DNA of 64,000 nt. Source: Eledone cirrhosa. Taxonomy: Eukaryota. This document shows, one piece after another, positions 55,254 through 64,000 of the stretch (positions are counted from its first letter, which is position 1; each line of letters opens with the position of its first letter). Location of the stretch: the NCBI GenBank assembly GCA_964016885.1, contig OZ024743.1:7316001-7380000 (forward strand), in the 5' to 3' direction. The translations under genes and the position numbers were made by a program. The notes below the pieces were generated by a model, which saw only the letters and a program-made list of their open reading frames with translations, made no database searches and was not told where the DNA came from.

Positions 55254-56720
55254 TATGTATACGTACATACATATATGTATACAGACGTACAGTAGTATGT
55301 ATATATATATACATACATGCACACATATATATATGTACGTATGGATTCACCGAACATTTATTATAATGCTCGGTGTGTTTGTAAACAAACAACCCGAATT
55401 AAGCCGTACAGTGTCTAGCAACCATCGCTGCTAATTTGTTCAACACTGACAAAGGAACGCTGTACTAGTTTCAAACTTATTAGCTATCGTCAGTAACGTA
55501 TACCTTCCTGCCAGATGGTTGAACATCTAAAAGTATATACTTTCCTTATGCATATTAACGGCTGAGCAGCCTAATTTGCATATCGGATGAGTTAATCGGC
55601 CGGGGTACCGAAAACGATAAACGGAAAAAATGAAACGAAATTTCATTTCTCACTCTTAGTACGGCTGTTACTTAAATATAAGTATGTATACGTACATACA
55701 TATATGTATACAGACGTACAGTAGTATGTATATATATATATATACATACATGCACACATATATATATGTACGTATGGATTCACTGAACATTTATTATAAT
55801 GCTCGGTGTGTTTGTAAACAAACAACCCGAATTAAGCCGTACAGTGTCTAGCAACCATCGTTGCTCATTTGTTCAACACTGGTAAAGGAACGCTGTACTA
55901 GTTTCAAGCTTATTAGCTATCGTCAGCAACGTATACCTTCCTGCCAGATGGTTGAACGTCTGAAAGTATATACTTTCCTTATGCATATTAAGTAACAGCC
56001 GTACTAAGAGTGAGAAATGAAATTTCGTTTCATTTTTTCCGTTTATCGTTTTTGGTACCCCCGGCGGATTAACTCACTCGATATGCAAATTAGGCTGCTC
56101 AGCCGTTAATATGCATAAGGAAAGTATATACTTTCAGACGTTCAACCATCTGTCAGGAAGGTATACGTTGCTGACGATAGCTAATAAGCTTGAAACTAGT
56201 ACAGCGTTCCTTTGTCAGTGTTGAACAAATGAGCAACGATGGTTGCTAGACACTGTACGGCTTAATTCAGGTTGTTTGTCTACAAACACATCGGGCATTA
56301 TAATAAATGTTCGGTGAATCCATACGTACATATATATATGTGTGCATGTATGTATGTATATATATATATATATAAAGAAAAAGGGATGAAATCGAAAATG
56401 CAACTGAAGTCTTATTTAAAAAAAAAATATATATATTTTTATTTGGTTCCTTTACCGGTTTCGCAGTTCTTCTGCTTTTCAAAAGGTGAGTTGAGATGGA
56501 GGGTCTGTGGTTTTTCTCACATCTGTGGTTTTTCTCAGATGTAGGACACCTCGGTTATTTTTCATTTTGTAAAAAAAACCTCACTTTCTAATATATATAT
56601 ATATATATACATACTACTGTACGTCTGTATACATATATGTATGTACGTATACATACTTATATTTAAGTAACAGCCGTACTAAGAGTGAGAAATGAAATTT
56701 CGTTTCATTTTTTCCGTTTA
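55248..56720. mobile_element. Retrozyme-like family A: tandem dimer plus inverted monomer (HHRs 55458-55498 minus, 55891-55931 minus, 56166-56206 plus)
   Basis: 433-nt HHR-to-HHR spacing; inversion junction near 55990; partial copy at 56600-56720. Confidence 0.87.
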
Positions 56721-56723
56721 TAT

Positions 56724-56787
<64 letters not shown>

Positions 56788-57047
56788 GAATGTATGTATA
56801 GTATATTTGGCAATATAGCGTATGTTTAATTAAAAACACTTTTCTCAACCTGTTAGTTCTATCGTTACTTTGGTATAGTATTGTGTGTTAGATTTTGCCT
56901 ACCACAATGTTCGATTTGTCAAGCTATTTAAACGTATGTTATTACTCTAAGGACCTACCTTATCGAGTGCTTTGCTAACTCATCATTTCATATAAGTAGG
57001 TCGAATTTGCTTGCAAACCGCCAGAGATTCGATTTTACTAAATTTCC

Positions 57048-57112
<65 letters not shown>

Positions 57113-57406
57113 TATGCTCTCGCAACTCCCAATAGTGTCGTAGGGATGCCGTTTAAACATACAGCGTTTCTTGGGCATTTTAAGCCTGGCGGCGATCATC
57201 CCTCTTCAGTCGTGAGTACAGCTGATTTTTTCCAGAGAAAGATAGAAAGTAAGAGAGAGGAAGTGAGAAAGAGATGTAGAAGAAGAACCCACCCCAGTAC
57301 TAGACTTGTATTTTTTTTATCGACCTTGAAAGGTGGGATTTGAACTCAAAGAGCAAAGAGTCGGAACGACTACCATAAAGCATTCTATCTGACGTTTTAA
57401 CGACTC

Positions 57407-57441
<35 letters not shown>

Positions 57442-57484
57442 ATATATTATATATATATATATGTATATTATATATATATATATG

Positions 57485-57531
<47 letters not shown>

Positions 57532-57604
57532 ATATTATATATATATATATATATTATATATATATATATATTATATATATATATATATAATATACACATA
57601 TATA

Positions 57605-57646
<42 letters not shown>

Positions 57647-57698
57647 CACATATATATATATATTATATATATATATATATATAATATACACATATATA

Positions 57699-57729
<31 letters not shown>

Positions 57730-57733
57730 ATAT

Positions 57734-57785
<52 letters not shown>

Positions 57786-57835
57786 CACATATATATATAT
57801 ATATTATATATATATATATAATATACACATATATA

Positions 57836-57879
<44 letters not shown>

Positions 57880-57933
57880 CACATATATATATATATATTA
57901 TATATATATATATATATAATATACACATATATA

Positions 57934-58009
<76 letters not shown>

Positions 58010-58129
58010 ATATACACATATATATATATATATTATATATATATATATAATATACACATATATATATATATTATATATATATATATAATATACACATATA
58101 TATATATATATGGTGGGTCCGTCAACCCT

Positions 58130-58176
<47 letters not shown>

Positions 58177-58203
58177 GATAGATATATTGTTATATATATA
58201 TTG

Positions 58204-58239
<36 letters not shown>

Positions 58240-58255
58240 TGGGTCCGTCAACCCT

Positions 58256-58309
<54 letters not shown>

Positions 58310-58500
58310 ATATTATATATATATATATATAATATATATATATATATGTGTATAATATATATATATATATGTGTATATTATATATATATATATATATGTG
58401 TATATTATATATATATATATATATATATGTGTATATTATATATATATATATATATATGTATATATAGAGATAGATATATTGTTATATATATATATATATG
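57407..58500. repeat. Complex (TA)n array
   Basis: Directly visible; also 51878-52400. Confidence 0.9.
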
Positions 58501-58645
58501 GTGAACTAGCCAGTTTTAAAATTCCCTTTTTGGCTTATAAATCTGTGAGAGTCCTGGTTATCTGGTTGAGCTCTGCTGACGATTGAAATCCATCCGTGAC
58601 CATCTCCACTGTTAGCTTCTCGCTACAACAATTTCTATACCTTTC

Positions 58646-58716
<71 letters not shown>

Positions 58717-58719
<3 letters not shown>

Positions 58720-60930
58720 CTCCACCACCCTCACCCACGCCACCGCACACCCATCCACCGTCTCCCCTTCCCCAACACCTACCACCCCTCCACCGCACCA
58801 TCCTCCGCCTCTTCTGACGCCTCCCGTCCGGCCCCTCCACCTCCCACATCTTCTTGCCCCACCACTCCCCTCCTTCAAACGCGCACGCAATCTTCGCACT
58901 CTCCTCGTCCGCAGCTCCATACCCCCCAACCCACGCACCCCCCGGTTACCTTCCCTGTTCCAGGCCTCGTTGCAACACCTGTCCCCACATCACCAACACC
59001 ACCACCTTCCAGGGTCCCAACGGCCGCTCTCTCTCTGTCCGGCATGCTTTCCGCTGCACCTCCTCCAACCTAGTCTATGGACTTCGCTGCACGGAGTGCA
59101 GCGCAACCTCCGTCGGACAGACTGGACGTCGCCTGGCGCACCGTTTTACCGAACACCTCCGGGATATTCGTCTCGGTGGTAGTTCCCCCATCGCTCGTCA
59201 CTTTGGCTCCCCTGGACATTCCGCGCACCACCTCACAGTCTGTGGCCTACTCCAATGCCACAGAACACCCGCCACCCTCCTCAGGGTCGAACAACGCACC
59301 ATCTTCACCCTACAGACCCACACTCCCTCCGGCCTGAACTCCCCTCCCCTATTCCTTTAGCCCTCGACCGCCCCCCCACATATCCCCCACTAACACCACT
59401 AACACCCTCCTCCTTTTCACCGCCCACCCCACAACTAACAATACTAACACCCCCACCCCACACCCGACTACCCTTCCCCAACTAACAATACTAACATCCT
59501 TTCTTCTTCTCCCCCACTCCCCCTCTCATTATCACGCACACACCCACCGGTAACTATATACACGCACCACACTAACCACACACCCTACTACCACCACTAA
59601 CCCTCACCCACACATCCACTCCCACCACCCCACAACTAATACCACTAACACCCCCGACCCCACGCACACGAACACACACATACCCACTAACACCACCCAC
59701 TCTATACACCCTATCACCACTGACCCCCACTAACACCCGCATTCAACCCTTTCCCCACCACCAGTATACTAACACCAACTAACACCCCCTTCACCACACA
59801 CACACTCATCCAAACACGCACACACACACCAGTACACTACACTCCCTCCACCGGCCCCCATACCTTTCTCTCCCCCTCCCGCTTCCCGCTCCACCCACAC
59901 CCCTTCTCTCTCTCACACACACACACATCCCACTAACACCTCTACTAATACACCCCTCCCACTCCATCTTTCACACCTACCCATCCTCTCCCCTGTCCAC
60001 CGCACCTCCACACACACTGACACACCGACTTTCTCCACCTGCCATTCTCCCCTACTGCTGCTATGCCCTGAACTCTGACCACCTCTCCGCACACACAGAC
60101 ACACAACCCTCCTCCTGCCTTGACCCTCTGACCACTTCCTGTTGTGCGCGCACCCCACATCTCCCCTCTTCTGACCAACCCAACCACGGATTACACACAT
60201 TGGACATCGCTCCCACCACGAATCAACTACATCACAAGGAAATTATCCGGCACCCCAACACATCCTCTACGGAACTACCTTAGGAACTTAATCACGGACA
60301 TACACTCACAATAATTTTTTTCCCACACGCCACCTACATCCACAATACGTATAAACACCACACACACGTGCGTACCACCACATATTTACACACTCAGCCT
60401 CCGGAATCCTCTCCCTCCCTCCACCATCCCTCTGACTCCTCCCCATCCACACACGCACACACACACCGACCTACACCCCACCCCACACACACCTTTTCCT
60501 GAACATGCAACCCCGTTCTTCCCCCAACTCTCACATTCACATACACACACAAACACGTACACCTACACACACACACCACCTTCAGCCCTCCCCGGTCGGA
60601 CACCCCGCCTCCCTCTCCCCACCCCACCCGCCACCACCCCTACACGTCCCACACCCTTCCACCACTTGTTTAACTTCATGTTTATTTTTATTTTTATTAT
60701 GCTTTTATATTTATTTTCATTTGTACCGTTTCCTCTCACCCCTTTTTTCTAAATGTCTCTCCCCCACTCCCCTACACACCCTTGGAACTCTCTTCCCACA
60801 CACTTTTCGCCTGAAGAAGGGCTTATGCCCGAAACGTCGTTCCCCACCACCACCCCACTCCCAAGAGCGTGAAACTAATAAACCTTTCTTCGTACTGCCT
60901 CTCTGTTTTGTTCCCGTTCAATTTTTCACT
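58717..60930 (+). mobile_element. Neptune-type PLE 3' fragment: Cys linker + GIY-YIG (58854-59360), C-rich 3' UTR, HHR at 60808-60841
   Basis: CSRPRCNTC...CTSSNLVYGLRCTEC...VGQTGRRLAHRFTEH...IARHF...PSGLN; flanked by (TA)n. Confidence 0.88.
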
Positions 60931-61263
60931 ATATATTATATATATATATATATGCTGGGTCCGTCAACTCTTATTATATATATATATATATATATGTATA
61001 TAGATAGATATATTGTTATAATTTGGGAGGGTCATGTTGCCAATAAAAACACACGCACCTGTTGTTTTTTACTTCAATTTATAATACATTCCCCGTTGGT
61101 CGGTTGATTGGTTCGATAACCGGAAGGTTGTTTATATATTGTCAAAGCTCTTTCGTCACACATTCTGTGACCTCCTCAGTGACTAAGTTTTTATTTTGTG
61201 TGTCTCTCCTTTGCTCTATCCTACACCATCTTGTTTGATAAAAAGGGTTTGGAAAGCGTATCT

Positions 61264-61344
<81 letters not shown>

Positions 61345-62749
61345 AATGATCTTTATAACATGTACAAAAATTGATGTTAAAAATTCATGTTAGCAAAGCC
61401 TGTTTTCTCCGTTTGGGATCATCAACACATTTATTAGGTTAAATTGTTTATTCCTTAAAACTCCTGCTTGCTGATTCTCGACCATATATATAGGGTGTAG
61501 TCGATTGAAATAACTTCAGTATATTATAGATACCTATTTTATAGACTATTTATTGGTCCAGTAGATCCTGCAAAATCTCTAATCCGGTTGTGTATTGTTT
61601 TTTCCTGAATTACAGAAGACAAGACGTATTGATGATCGTGTTTTTTTAATAGCTTTAACGAAGGAGAAAAGGGCTTTAAAAAGCGAATGGAAATCCTTTA
61701 TACTACAGTACTCATTTAGCATGTCAAATATATTGATTACTTACATTGATTGAAAGCCCTAAATTCGTAGTGACATAAATAGTTGCCTGAATTGAGCTTC
61801 GGTTATGAAAAGTACTTATTTTATCAAACTCTGAGAGAAGAAAGGCAATATTTAAATTGATATTCATATAATAGATTAAAAAAAATATTTTACTCATTAA
61901 CTTCAATGAAATGTTAGATTATGCGATTATAACCGTTTAAACTAAAGCAATTATTCATATTAACCACACATATCAAGATAACATTTAATAGTTTTTTAAG
62001 AGGTCATCAAATCAAATATCAGTTACTTTTTCAAATCTGTTTCCAAATGAGAAACTCAGTCAATTTATGGCAATACGTTTCCCTATACAAAGAGGCCACA
62101 ATGTTCAACCATGTAAAAAACAACATGAAAAATAGAACAAAATAATGTTGACTCTGTTCTCAGTTGTGTTGGGGGACCATATGTGAGAATAGTATTTATA
62201 TTACAGAGTTACAGAGCTTTGTGCCCATCGTTAAAAAAGAAAAGAGTTTATAAACACAATTACAATTCTTTTAGATATTTTTAGTTGCATATACGTTTGT
62301 GCCTGATTGCGGAATTGATAAACAAACATATGCTTTTTAATGTCAGGTCAGTAGTTTTTTTATTTAAACAGTAGTGAAAGCTTTTTAGGGATAGTTTACA
62401 GTCATAGCTGCATTAGCAACTAAGACATCTATAAAGATTTCTCTTTAGTTGTAACGTCCCTTGTATATTGTGGGTATTCATGTATTCATTCAATGTGTTT
62501 ATAATGATGCAGACATAACCGATGATTGGGTGTTGGAGATTGCACTATGGAGCAACAATCTTTATGCAAGAGTTTTGATGTATGGTCTAAGTCTAATTTT
62601 GTGTGCTGAATCTAAATATGAAATCAAAGTTTTCCTATCGGGTTAGTTCTCTTATGCTCTGCTTATTTTTACTTAATTTAGCATAATCACCAGCCAAAAA
62701 TAAGATATATTAATTAATATAACTATAATCAAAGATATTCAATTTAATT

Positions 62750-62850
<101 letters not shown>

Positions 62851-63425
62851 GGTGGCTGCCAACTCGTTTTCGAGTACGGCCACTACTTTATATCCATGTA
62901 GGAGAACCCCTACTGATGGGCTGAACGAGTGTGACTTTTTAGTCCAGCCAGCGACTTGAAAACTCTGATACAAACTCTACACTTGTCACAATTACTGACA
63001 CATAGTGCTGGGCCCATTGTACCCTGTGATGACAAGTGCAGAGAGATCTCCAGATATAAAGCAATGCCTGTGCCGTGAAGCCTTTATAGTGGGCAAAGGC
63101 ACTGCACAAAGCCAGTCCCACTCCCTTAACCAAGATGATATTTACCAAAAAGAAGAACAAGTCAACATCATTGGATACCATCAGGGTTGCAGGTGTTATA
63201 TCAGAGTTTTCCTTCTCCTAGAATTCTGCCTTGACAAAGGCTAAGGGGTCATCTCTCCCGACGATTTTGGATGGCCATTGACTCTTAAGAGCTCCTTTGC
63301 CCTTTGAAAGGTTTTGTTTTTAGTCCTGCAGGATGTCCAAAGTCTGCCTCCTCACCAAGAAACCTTGGTGGAGTTGTCAGTTTAGTCGCCAACGACCCGA
63401 CCATCAGACAGGTTGTACTGGGATA
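62851..63425 (-). mobile_element. Non-autonomous RTE-derived bipartite element; second copy 63611-64000 runs off the window
   Basis: 5' UTR-like CTAGGAGAAGGAAAACTCTG joined to a C2H2-like tail [22 protein letters not shown]; ends in (TA)n. Confidence 0.65.
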
Positions 63426-63442
63426 CATATATATATATACAT

Positions 63443-63523
<81 letters not shown>

Positions 63524-63577
63524 CATATATACATACATATATATATATACATACATATATACATAGATATATATATA

Positions 63578-63610
<33 letters not shown>

Positions 63611-64000
63611 GGTGGCTGCCAACTCGTTTTCGAGTACGGCCACTACTTTATATCCATGTAGGAGAACCCCTACCGATGCGCTGAACGAGTGTGAATTTTT
63701 AGTCCAGCCAGCGACTTGAAAACTCTGGTAGGTACAAACGCTACACCTGTGACAATTATTGACACATAGTGCTGGGCCCATGGTAACATGTGATGACAAG
63801 TGCAGAGAGATCTCCAGATATAAAGCAATGCCTGTGCCGTGAAGCTTTTATAGTGAGGAAAGGCACTGCACAAAGCCAGTCCCACTCTCTTAAACAAGAT
63901 GATATTTACCAAAAAGAAGAACAAGTCAACATCATTGGATACCATCAGGGTTGCAGGTGTTATATCAGAGTTTTCCTTCTCCTAGAATTCTGCCTTGACA

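Overview
AT-rich, repeat-dense animal genomic DNA. The repeat repertoire (tRNA-SINEs, RTE/CR1 LINEs, abundant (TA)n) looks cephalopod/octopus-like, which is an inference. The only host gene I can support is the 5' part of an eIF2-alpha kinase HRI (EIF2AK1)-like gene on the minus strand, as four spliced exons (577-8678) that continue off the left edge. The rest is mobile DNA: RTE, CR1, CRE and L1/Tx1 fragments, SINEs, piggyBac/hAT/Tc-type MITEs, Helitron-like elements, a 27-bp x 68 minisatellite, one near-full-length frameshifted Penelope-like element (PLE; RT + GIY-YIG) and a Neptune-type PLE 3' fragment. The main hidden signal is RNA structure. By eye I found about 27 type I hammerhead ribozyme (HHR) motifs from about 14 sequence families. 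Most lie in short non-coding elements inserted into (TA)n tracts as tandem or fold-back copies. They include a ~430-500 nt retrozyme-like tandem family and a U3-A8 core variant. All folds were derived manually and none is tested.
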